DNA of 64,000 bases from Octopus vulgaris (taxonomy: Eukaryota). Position 1 is the stretch's first letter, and the number at the start of each line of letters is the position of its first letter. This document shows, in pieces, positions 53,786 to 64,000 of this stretch. A program made the translations under genes and the position numbers. The notes below the pieces were generated by a model. The model was not told the origin of the DNA and did not search any database. It worked only from the letters and a program-made list of their open reading frames with translations. The DNA lies in assembly GCA_951406725.2 (NCBI GenBank), contig OX597815.1:117242001-117306000 (forward strand), given 5' to 3'.

Positions 53786-55090
53786 TTTCAATTTATGCAA
53801 GCTTTTTACCATCAGATGTTTTTACCATGGGATTGCACCTGGAAAGTTAGCCTCTGAAGAACAAGCCTGGGCAGGTTGTTTATAGATCATCAGTTGCCCA
53901 TGCATATCCAGCCTCCCTTCTCCATACCACTGATGTTATCCAAGGGAAAGTCAAAGGCCGATACAGCTTGGCACCAGTGATGCCACAACTCATTTCTACA
54001 TCTGAGTGAAGTGAAGCAATGTGAAATAAAGTGTCTTGCTCAAGAACACAACACACAACCTGGTGCAGGTGTGGCTGTGTGGGAAGAAGCTTGCTTCCTG
54101 ACCACGTGGTTCTGGGCTCAGTCCCACTGTCTAACATTTGGGCAAATGTCTTCTACTAGAACCTTGGGCTTCCCAAAGCCTTGTGAGTGGATTTGGTAAA
54201 TGGAAACTGCAAGAAGCCCAATATATATATGTGTGTGTATGTGTGTGTGTCTTTGTCTGTTTGTCCTTCACCACTCCTTGAGAACTGGTGCTGGTTTGTT
54301 TATGTCCCTGTAACTTAGCATTTCAGCCAAAGAGACTGATAGAACAAGTACCATGCTTAAAGAAAATAAAGAACTGAGGTTGATTTATTTAACTGAAAAT
54401 TCAAGGTGGTGCCCCAACATGGCCACAGTCTAATGACTGAAACAAGAAAGAGATAAAAGATAAAAAAGCAATTTGTTTTCTCTCTTTTCTAGCCTCTATA
54501 GAGCATACTGTTTCTGTGAGGTCCATATCATTAATTCTGATCATGTACAGAGTTATTGATTGTAAGGTGTGTTTAAATTCTTGTACCTAGTCATGTGTGA
54601 AAAGCAATAAATGCATAGTGTACTTGATAGTTGAGTAACTTGATTTTTTTTTCTATTGACGTAAATGGTTTGTATACCAAAGGTGTGAATCACTTATAGT
54701 GGATATGATCCATTTTCATCAGTGTGTATGTGTACATGTATGTATGTGTGTGTGTGTATGTGTCTGTCTGTCTGACTGTATGTATGTATGTATGTATGTA
54801 TAAATGTTTGTTTATATACACACATTGAGGTTGCAAAGCAAACTTGCTAACAACAATATGACTAAAATCACGAATAAGCTAAACACTTACCATGGTTTAA
54901 ATGTACAGAATGATGAATTCTTTGTGACTGAATTAGCAATTCTGTTGTTGTTACTGTTGTTCTTATTATCAGCCCCCCCACATCTGGGATGGTTGAGCAG
55001 ACATATGATCAAAGGCATTCCAGGTGTGATTGTCCTATCGTACATTCTTTTGCAGAAAGAGAGTATATCTACAACTTTCTGTCTTGAATA

Positions 55091-55302
55091 CTCTTTACTC
55101 TTTACTCTTTTACTTGTTTCAGTCATTTGACTGTGGCCATGCTGTAGCACCACCTTTAGTCGAGCAAATCGACCCCAGGACTTATTCTTTGTAAGCCTAG
55201 TACTTATTCCATCAGTCTCTTTTGCTGAACCGCTAAGTTACGGGGACGTAAACACACCAGCATCGGTTGTCAAGCGATGTTGGGGGGACAAACACAGACA
55301 CA

Positions 55303-55353
<51 letters not shown>

Positions 55354-55354
55354 G

Positions 55355-55386
<32 letters not shown>

Positions 55387-55560
55387 CACATATATACGAC
55401 GGGCTTCTTTCAGTTTCCGTCTACCAAATCTACTGACAAGGCTTTGGTTGGCCCAAGGCTATAGTAGAAGACATTTGCCCAAGGTGCCACATAGTGGGAC
55501 TGAACCCTGAACCATGTGGTTGGTAAGCAAGCTACTTACCACACACCCACTCCTACGCCT
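55091..55560 (-). mobile_element. tRNA-derived CORE-type SINE
   Basis: Reverse complement of the 44880-45312 family. Confidence 0.85.
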
Positions 55561-56715
55561 ATAATAATAATATCTATGATGATAATAATAATAATAATCA
55601 TCATCATCATCATCCTTTCAACTATAAGCACGAAAACTGAAATTTTGGGGGAGTGGACTAGTCAATTACATCGACCTCAGTGTTTCACTGGTACTTAATT
55701 TATTGACCCCAAAAGGATAAAAGGTAAAAATCAACCTTGGCAGAATTTGAACTCAGAATGTAGCAATGGGTGGACTACCACGAAGCATTTCATCCAGAGT
55801 GCTTATGATTCTGCCAGCTCACTGCCTTATAATAATATTAATTCTTTCTATTTATTGGCCACAAGGGTTAATATAAATCAAAACATTAAAGGACAACACA
55901 AGCCGATATACTAAGGGTTTTTCAAAAAAAAAAAGGGTCCATGTAAACATTTGATAACAGAAAAAACAATGTAACAAGTAAAAACCCCCTATAGGGGGAC
56001 GCACTTTAAAGGTTACTTGAAGAAAAACCCATAAAAGCCATGGGTGTCTAGTCAACAGGGTAAGAGCCCTTTCTCTTTTTATACCTTTTTTTAATAATAA
56101 TGATAATAATAATAATAATAAAAATATGTATTGAGAGGGATTCTTTGGGGTTTGAATAATTCACCCCTGGAAAATTGGGTGTTTTTTTCATTGTCCTTAA
56201 ATAACCTTTAATAAGGGACTTTTTAGGTGGGATGGGCTACTTGATCTGAAGAAAAATTCTAACTGGGTTTCACCTGCAAGGTCATGCACTGCTTATATTG
56301 ATATGAAGTCACCATGTCACGTATATATGGTCGTGATGCATGTGCCTAGTGTACCCTTGTCAAATGGGTAGTCATGATGGGTATATTGAACTTTGCAGCA
56401 TCACTTTGATGGCTGCTCTCTCACTTGATAATCGTCATCATCATCATCATTTAATGTCTGTCTTCCATAATGATAATGATTTCAATAATATTAGGGATAA
56501 ATTCAATTGAAAATTCGAATTAAAATTATAGTCAATCTTCAGGTTAATGATAATAGTTAAATAAATAAGCAATTATATTATATTAAACTTTTTTATACTT
56601 TTTGGTTAGATAAAAAAAAATTTTTAATTTAAAAATTTAAAAAATTAAAAAATATAAAAATATAAAAATTAAAAAAATTTAAATTTTATATTTTATATAT
56701 ATATTGTATATTATA

Positions 56716-57222
56716 CTAGCAGTATCGTCCGGTGTTGCTCGGGTTTGTAAGGGAAATAACTATATAAGCATTTTTAGAGAGTTACTTCCCTTATAGATGC
56801 CAATTCGAGCTTTCTTAGCCATTTCTGTTTTGGTGTCTTCAAGCCATGAAGTCGTTGTTCTAAAAGAACGCTGGTCTCCTTGACAACGCTTTACGACGTT
56901 GATTTCCTTACACTCCCTTCCCCACAGCTTCACGAGGGAGGGAAGAAGGGGAGAAGCAAACAGGTGCAGGTGTGACCATGGATGCCAACTCTGCCGCCAT
57001 CGACACACGAAAAATTATGCATTAAAATGGAATAAAAAAATGATGTTAAATTATTTTTAAAATCGTAGACTCATCGTAGATGCGCGCTAATACTCAGACA
57101 GGCTCGATATGAATCACGACTATAAGATACCCGAATTTGGTTAAGCTGCACCGCAAAATGTGGGAGTAGTTAGGAATCTAAATCGAAGGGGACAGACACA
57201 ACTACAGTTTTATATATATAGA
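56716..57222 (-). mobile_element. Non-autonomous Helitron (copy 3)
   Basis: Reverse complement of the same family with intact TC and CTAG ends. Confidence 0.88.
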
Positions 57223-58479
57223 TTAATTATATTTATATTTATTTTTTGTGTTTTATGTTTTGGTTTATGTCTATCACTGATTGAGTTGCCTAATAGTGGT
57301 TTTATCTCTAATTTAATTTATATATATATATATATATATATATATCATTGCTATTATGTTAAACTGTTGTATGTCAAAATTTGGCCAAATGCATTTTTTT
57401 CAATATTTATTTTTGCTTGCAATAACCAGTTCTTTTGGTCAAACTATTGTATCTCCAGCTGCTTCAGATGTCAAGATATCAAACATCAAAGTGTAGTACA
57501 ACAATTTTGTTATGGAATGGTGAAACTATTTTTTTGTTTTCTGAAAAAGTAATGTTTTGGACTTATCACACTTTTGCATAATAGCAGCAATATGCAATAT
57601 ATATAATAATAATTTCATTATGACTCTCTCAAAGCAATGTTACCTATGACTTTCAGTGCCTATGATATCTGGTACTTTGAGAAAGTCATCTGCATGGCGT
57701 CAAATCGCAGCCTGTTGGTAAACAAGCAAGGCACATACTTTCAATATTTGTGTTCCAAAGGAAGTGAGCTGGCAGAAATGTTAGCATGCCAGGTGAAAGG
57801 CTTAGCAGTATTTCGTCTGTCTTTATGTTCTGAGTCTAAGTTCTACTGAGCTTGACTTTACCTTTCATCCTTTCAGGTTGCGTACTGGGGTCGATCAAAT
57901 CGACTGGCCCTCTCCCCCAAAATTTTGGCCATGTGCCTGGAGTAGAAAAAATATTTCTGTTCCATAATATATTTGTATATATAAATGCATGTGTGTTTAT
58001 ATGTGACTATATGTGTGTATATGTGTGTGAGTATGTATGTGTTTGTAACACATATTCAAGAGCTTCATCATTATCTTTTTATGCCCACTTTCTTCATGGC
58101 TTTCTTCATGGCAACATGGTTTGGATGAAACTCTGTTGAAGAGGTGTGCTGTGGCTGAATGCCTTTCCTGTCACCAAATCTTGTTTTCAGATAAAGTACT
58201 TGTCAATCTGGTTCTTTGCATGATGGCAAGCATAAACATTGATGTTGCATAGCTGGGGACATATATTTATACACACATGTACGCACACACACACACACAT
58301 GCACATGCACACACGCACATGCACATGCATGCATGCACACATGCATACAAGCATGCTTGCACACACACATTTAGCATCTGTTTTTCCATGCTAAATATGG
58401 GTTGGATGGGAATTGATTTTGGGACAATATTTTGCCAACATTCTCTTTTTTTTAGTTTAGAGTCTTTTATATATACATA

Positions 58480-58520
<41 letters not shown>

Positions 58521-58611
58521 ATGTTACGTTGCTGTATATTGAAACTTTCTATAGTGTTTTATAAGTGCTTTATAAGTAATTCTTTATGTGTATAAAATCT
58601 TCTCATTTCAG

Positions 58612-58786
58612 TGTGCTCGAGATGGCGATATTAACAGTACCAAATTAATCCTTGAGTACTTGAATACCCAGAAAAAGTTGCGTAGAAATATCAACAAACA
58701 CGATGACAATGAGTTGAGTCCATTGCATTATGCAGTACGCTATGGCAATATAGATATTGTGAAGCTGTTGGTTGAAAATGGTGCAC
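58612..58786 (+). CDS. Coding exon 2, ankyrin repeats of a probable TRPA1-homolog channel
   Basis: Acceptor tcttctcatttcAG|TGT and donor GCAC|GTAAG; 175 nt. Translates CARDGDINSTKLILEYLNTQKKLRRNINKHDDNELSPLHYAVRYGNIDIVKLLVENGA, containing a canonical ankyrin (SPLHYA…G..DIVKLLVENGA). The TRPA assignment rests on recalled similarity to molluscan TRPA1 homologs and needs BLAST. The gene continues beyond the window. Confidence 0.88.
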
Positions 58787-58834
58787 GTAAGGAACCTTTG
58801 AATTTATTCCAATAAAGTTTCTGTGAAACAAGTA

Positions 58835-59259
58835 CAGGCATACCTCACCCTAAGTCGTTAATTGGTTCCAGGAGACATGACTTAAGTCGAAAAACAACTT
58901 AAGTCAAATTAACTTGTCTGTAGGCTAGGCTGAATTTACTTGTCCCTAGGCTAAACCGTTAATAACCATTCCCAGTTCTGTACTTTATTTATGAATGCAT
59001 TTTCAATAATACATGGTTAATAAAAACCTTTTTTACTCTACATATTTTAATATGATTTTATATGCTTTTATTCTTATTTATTGTACAGTAACATGATTTT
59101 ATGTGATTTTAATGGTTTTCTAGTGATTTTACGATTCCAATATTTGTGGTGGACAGATGTAAAGTTGAGGGAAATGATTTAACTTGATTTTTATTTTTCC
59201 GTATATTATTTTTGAAAACCGACTTTTAATCAGGAATGACTTAAGCTGAGGTATGCCTG
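58835..59259. mobile_element. Tigger/pogo-like MITE
   Basis: TA-caggcatacctca … tgaggtatgcctg-TA. Confidence 0.85.
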
Positions 59260-60259
59260 TACATGTATTTGGAAGGTAGGAATATAAGTAACTGGAATCT
59301 CCCAAGTTTATGACTGGTACTTACTTTATTGACTCCTGATGGATGAAGTGGAAACATAACAATATCTGTCAACTGCTTCTTCTGAGAATAAGAGAATCAG
59401 TAGCAAAGCCTGTACAAAGGCTGAAAACCCTTGAGGAGGGGGAATTGGGAGAAGAGATAACTGGTAGGGGTGGTGACAGATTTCTAAACAGAATGAGATG
59501 TTAGATAACCGGTTAAGTGGATAGGTTGATGAGCAGATGTGCTGGCTGCATTTGTCCTAGGAGAGAGAGAAGTGTAGGTAATATATGGAGAATAGCCCAT
59601 TGAGGAGGAGGAGTTGAAAGAGTAGACACAGGTAATGGTGGTGGGAGATGGGATATCCGGTGTAGATGGTGCGAAGATAGAGGTACCCGGTATTGGTGGT
59701 GCGGGCAGGAAAGGGCGAGCACGACGCGAACAAGCAAAGGACGAAAATATGGAAATAAGAATGAGGAGAATTAAGCAAGCAAAGTTTTATTTGGGGACAG
59801 AGGGATGAGAATATGGGAATAAGAATGTGAATTGAAATGAGGCGAAACGAGTAATTATCTTAATGAGTAAATATCGTAACAAAATTACATGCGATAAAAC
59901 TAAAATTAAAATTTAAATTATATTTGAGTGGTTAGCTCATGAAAACAAGCTGTTAATAAATAATACATTTAAAGTGTTAGTGGCAAATGAAGTACAAGGG
60001 ATAGAAAGAAAAGAAAAAAACGAGAAAAATCTGGACATTGTTTGGCAAAGGAATGAAGGGAAAAGGAATGAATGGAAGGAACCACATGAATCGGGAGTTT
60101 TTAAACAGATAAACTGCGACCGGAAGTGAGTTTAGTTTGGGGACAGAAGGGCGAAAATAATGCCAGTGAGGTTAAACAGGTCATGAACAAGTAAAGTTTT
60201 GTTTGGGGATAGAAGGACGAAAATATGGAAATAAGAATGTGAATTGAAATGAGGAGATA

Positions 60260-60530
60260 TTAAAGATTAATGGAGAAGACGGAGTATAACACAAAGCATT
60301 TAGTAGCACAACTGTTTTGGCTTCAAGTTACACTGCTCCCTAGTGGGGGTGGAATGATGCAATAACACTCATAAGGATATTGTGCCACCTGAAGAGGTGG
60401 CACTGTACATTGCATCTGGTATTATTGCATCATTCCATGCCCACTAGGGACGAGTGCAACTAGAAGCTGAAACAAATATTGTGCTAATAAATGCATTTTG
60501 TTTTACTCCGTCTTATCCATTAATCTTTAA
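60260..60530. repeat. Imperfect inverted repeat (~105-bp arms), Penelope-type
   Basis: ttaaagattaatgga…tggaatgatgcaata pairs with tattgcatcattcca…tccattaatctttaa. Confidence 0.8.
60384..60484 (+). ncRNA. Degenerate hammerhead with long stem II in a Penelope-type foldback
   Basis: gccac-CUGAAGA(60389-95)…GAAAC(60469-73)…uugugc. The inverted arm reads aAAAC-AG-UU-gugc. Confidence 0.42.
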
Positions 60531-60619
60531 AATACACCCTATGTGTATCCTGGAATTTCTGGACATAGGTCAAATGATGAATGCAATATATTGCTGATAA
60601 TGCCAGATAGCCATAAGTG

Positions 60620-61495
60620 GTGAACATGCTCCACAGACACACCATCTGGAACTTACCCTGAAATAAAGTTTGGACACTGCATTTAACACCTACTTTCTAA
60701 ACCTTAATTTTTAGAATTTAAATTTGACTTACACACACACATATAGGAAGGAATTCCAACCACATTTTGTGGTTCGCTACCTCAACAGCTCCTTTATAGG
60801 ATTCAGTGTCTAAAGACATCATCAGGAGGAACCACATCCAGTTTTTCCCCCTACTCCTCTACGGTTTTTGACATGGCAGGGCCCCCGCCCCATTTCAGAG
60901 GTGTCTTTAGCTTTGGTGTTGAGTGCATTTCTTCTTTGTCCTTTTTTCTTCTATTCTTTGATTTCTTCATTGACCATCCTGCCAAATTTCACTATAAATT
61001 CTTGCCTGTAGGCTCCAGCAGCAAGCACCAGCTAACTGTCATGTCTAAGCTTCAACTGACCAATAGAGGGGAAGGGTGTTTAGTTTTAGCCTGTGCCCTC
61101 TCTAAACCTGCCTTCCAACAGTGTCATGGAACAGCAGCCAGAGCTGACCAACTGTTTGGTGGTACAAGCCATTGAACCAGGAGGAGGTGGTGCTATGAAC
61201 AAGAGCGCTACCTTGGCCCACATGTAAATCAGTGATGCTGCTTAAGTGTCAGCCAGCCTCACCTAGCTACGCTCTTTCCTAGTCAGCATGTTATGGCTTT
61301 CAAGGCATTTTAGGTATTCTCGCTTCAGCCATATATAGAAGCTGGTTTTTTCAACTGCCTCCTGTATCCTCCTTATTACTTTTCACAGGTCTGAGCTTGA
61401 AAATTCAAACCTTTTAAATAGCATCGTCATTTTCCTTTCAATGAAGCCTCTATCCACCACTGCCAAGTGGTAATACTTGACAGTCCATCCCTGTA
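60620..61495 (-). mobile_element. Hero-like (RLE-type) non-LTR retrotransposon 3' end
   Basis: 61310-61470 minus reads LAVVDRGFIERK…KVIRRIQEAVEKTSFYIWLKRE, resembling the Hero C-terminus (EVGCRGF…AEKAS.W.WLKR). Confidence 0.6.
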
Positions 61496-61517
61496 TCAGC
61501 CACAACCACAGCCACAG

Positions 61518-61589
<72 letters not shown>

Positions 61590-61592
61590 AGA

Positions 61593-61776
61593 GGAGAAGA
61601 AAATGGATGTAATAACAAGGGGAAACTTGTGGTTTTCACTGGTATGCCTTTAATTAAATCAGATAACAAAGAAGAAGGAAGCAAAGATGAATTCTTCCTT
61701 GTTATCTAATTAAACTAAAGTCATACCAGTGAAAACCATGAGTTTCCCCTTGTTATTACATCTATTTTCTTCTCCT
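61593..61776. repeat. Imperfect inverted repeat (~80-bp arms), Penelope-type
   Basis: ggagaagaaaatggatgtaataacaaggggaaac… pairs with …gtttccccttgttattacatctattttcttctcc. Confidence 0.8.
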
Positions 61777-61929
61777 ATGTAACCTAAACTATGGTTTACT
61801 AACTGAACCACCTGCTACCGTACAACTTTACAAAAGACTGTACCTACCCAGGTAATAACCAGGGGCGACTTTGGATTTAATTATCCCTTATAGGTAGTAA
61901 ACCCCTCTAACTGATACCTACACTATATA

Positions 61930-62495
61930 TTGGGTTGTCCAGAAAGTTTGTGCCTATTTTTAAAGGAAAGAAAAAGGTCAATAAATACTTGCCATTACAT
62001 TTTTAATCAACCGAATATGAACCATTTTGTTGCACAATGCATCTCCATCTTTCCTTTAACTTGAAAATACCAACTTCCCAGAATTGAGGTGGTTTCATGG
62101 CAAAGAATTCATCAAGGTATCTTTTTATGTTATCCAAGGAATCAAAATTTTTACCATTAAGACAATTCTGCAGAGAGCTGAATAAGTGGAAATCCAAAGG
62201 AGCAATATCTGGTGAATATGGAGGGTGGGGTAACACATCCCAACCGAGCTGCAGCAATTTTTGTCTGGTTCCCAAAGCATCAAGTGCTGAAAATGAACTT
62301 TATTATCTTCCATTTTAAAAGGTTACAAAATTAACACAGGTTATAGGAACATAAACCTTCTTCCACGAAAAGATAGCTTAAACTGTGCTCTAAATAGAGT
62401 TGTAGTCAAATCCTATTTTATGGACTCAACCATGTTCTAAAATAAGTCGAAAGGTAAACTACTACAAATCAGCACAAACTTTCCGGATAACCCAA
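61930..62495 (-). mobile_element. Internally deleted mariner transposon
   Basis: TIRs ttgggttgtccagaaagtttgtgc / gcacaaactttccggataacccaa with TA TSD. ORF 62003-62275 has LGWDVLPHPPYSPDIAPLDFHLF…LKERWRCIV. Confidence 0.92.
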
Positions 62496-62545
62496 TATAT
62501 ATACATATATATAAAGAAGAGAACTCATTCTCATCATTTGGTGTT

Positions 62546-62576
<31 letters not shown>

Positions 62577-62864
62577 GTAAGATACCTATATCATCATCAT
62601 CATTTAATGTCCGTTGTCCATGCTGGCATGGGTTGGATGGTTTGACTGGGGTCTGGTAAGCTAGAAGGCTGCACCAAGCTCCGGTCTGATTTGGCATGGT
62701 TTTCTATGGTTGGATGCCCTTCCTAATGCCAACCACTCTGAGAGTGTACTGGGTGCTTTATGTGTCACCAGCATGGGTGCCATTTGCATGACACTGGTAG
62801 CTACCACAACTGTGATTTTGCTTGATATATATATGTATATATATATACATATACATATATATAT

Positions 62865-63555
62865 ATCTGTAAGTAATTTATTTTATAGAAGGAGCTTCTA
62901 CAGGACTAGAACTGTTTCATTCAGATGAAATCTTCAGGAAGCTGGCTGTCAAAATAAGTTCTGGTATTTATGCATTTAGGCAGATTTAATGGAGTCGTGG
63001 TGGGGGACGTTTTTTTGGGTAGGTTGGTATTTAGGAGATAAACGGCACAAGCTATTGTTCTTAGGGGAGTGGTCAAAAGGCCAGAGTGTTTTTTGAAATG
63101 AGAAGAATCAGTGAGAAAATAAATAAATGAATAAATAGAATAAATGAATAGAAACAGATATATGGGATGGGATTTTAGGTAAATTAGAAGACAATTGCTT
63201 TTTGGTGGTCAAGAGGAGGTAGGCAGTTTGTTATTGTTAGGTGGAGGGAATAGATAAATATACATGAAAAAACATATAAAATAAATATACATACAAACAC
63301 ACATAGACTACTCCAGAGAGCGCATTCTTACACGGGAGGCCATACTTGCTGTGACCTTTGCATTTCTGAGAGTTTGGAGATCTTATTCACCAAAGGCCCT
63401 CTCCTCAACAAGATCTCGGAACACTCCCCAAACTGTATGCACAAAATCTATGCAAACTACAAAAATTACAGACCCACCCGGCCACCCGATTGACGATACC
63501 CCCCCCCCCCGCCACCGTTCCTTCATCACCCCCAATTACCTTCCCTCCTAAGACT
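62865..63555 (+). mobile_element. Penelope-like element relic: GIY-YIG endonuclease C-terminus with an inverted, hammerhead-bearing pLTR
   Basis: 63302-63493 translates [49 protein letters not shown]…*, matching the PLE endonuclease tail pattern CxLCxxE…LLNKxSE…CxH. Flanked by (TA)n, with the hammerhead upstream on the opposite strand. Confidence 0.75.
62893..62943 (-). ncRNA. Type I hammerhead ribozyme, intact core (Penelope-associated)
   Basis: Minus strand reads agcuuc-CUGAAGA-uuucaucugaau-GAAA-CAG uucuaguc CUG-UA-gaagcu. Stem I is 6 bp (agcuuc/gaagcu), stem II uuc/gaa, stem III ACAG/CUGU. Predicted cleavage after UA. Confidence 0.8.
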
Positions 63556-63790
63556 ATATACATATGTATATATATATATACATATGTATATATGCACATA
63601 TATGTATATATGTGCATATATATGTATGTGTGCATATGTATATGTACATATGTATGTGTATGCGTGTATATGTGTATATATGTGCATATGTATGTATACG
63701 CGTGTATATATATGTGTATATATATATATATATACATATGTTTGTATGCGTGTGTATGTATTTATGTATGTATGTGTGTACGCGTGTATA

Positions 63791-63839
<49 letters not shown>

Positions 63840-64000
63840 GTTTGTATGCGTGTGTATGTATTTATGTATGTATGTGTGTACATGTGTATGTATTTATATG
63901 TATGTATATGCATATGTATGTGTTTATGTATATATATATGCATATATGTGTTTTTATATGTGTATGTATATATGCATGTATGTATTTATGTATATATATG
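63555..64000. repeat. Complex (TA/TG) low-complexity repeat
   Basis: Visible in sequence; runs off the window edge. Confidence 0.95.

Larger units (their letters stand above)
41942..58611 (+). other. Intron 1 (16,670 nt, GT-AG) of the ankyrin/TRPA-like gene
   Basis: GTAAGT…TTTCAG between phase-matched exons. No other convincing exon seen inside. Confidence 0.7.

Overview
AT-rich, repeat-saturated eukaryotic DNA. The SINE families, microsatellite load and RTE/Penelope content point to an octopod cephalopod (Octopus sp.; inferred). Only one host gene is supported: two + strand coding exons (~41558-41941 and 58612-58786) separated by a 16.7-kb GT-AG intron. They splice in frame (…LNLTLHQ|CARDGD…LHYAVRYGNIDIVKLLVENGA) into an ankyrin-repeat protein resembling molluscan TRPA1-homolog channels. 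The first exon has no upstream ATG but opens at a CUG in strong Kozak context. The rest is transposon-derived: RTE, CRE, R4/Dong, Hero, CR1/Jockey and Penelope retroelement relics, Gypsy LTR/gag, mariner, hAT, piggyBac and Tigger MITEs, three non-autonomous Helitrons and many tRNA-derived SINEs. The most notable signal is at least eight hammerhead-ribozyme motifs in (TA)n-flanked, hairpin-forming Penelope/retrozyme-like elements. One has an intact core, some have long stem II insertions, and one family carries a non-canonical core. One of these elements appears to carry an unexplained ~400-nt GC-rich structured segment. Most ORFs in the supplied track are microsatellite or SINE artefacts. All calls were made by eye, and repeat boundaries are approximate.
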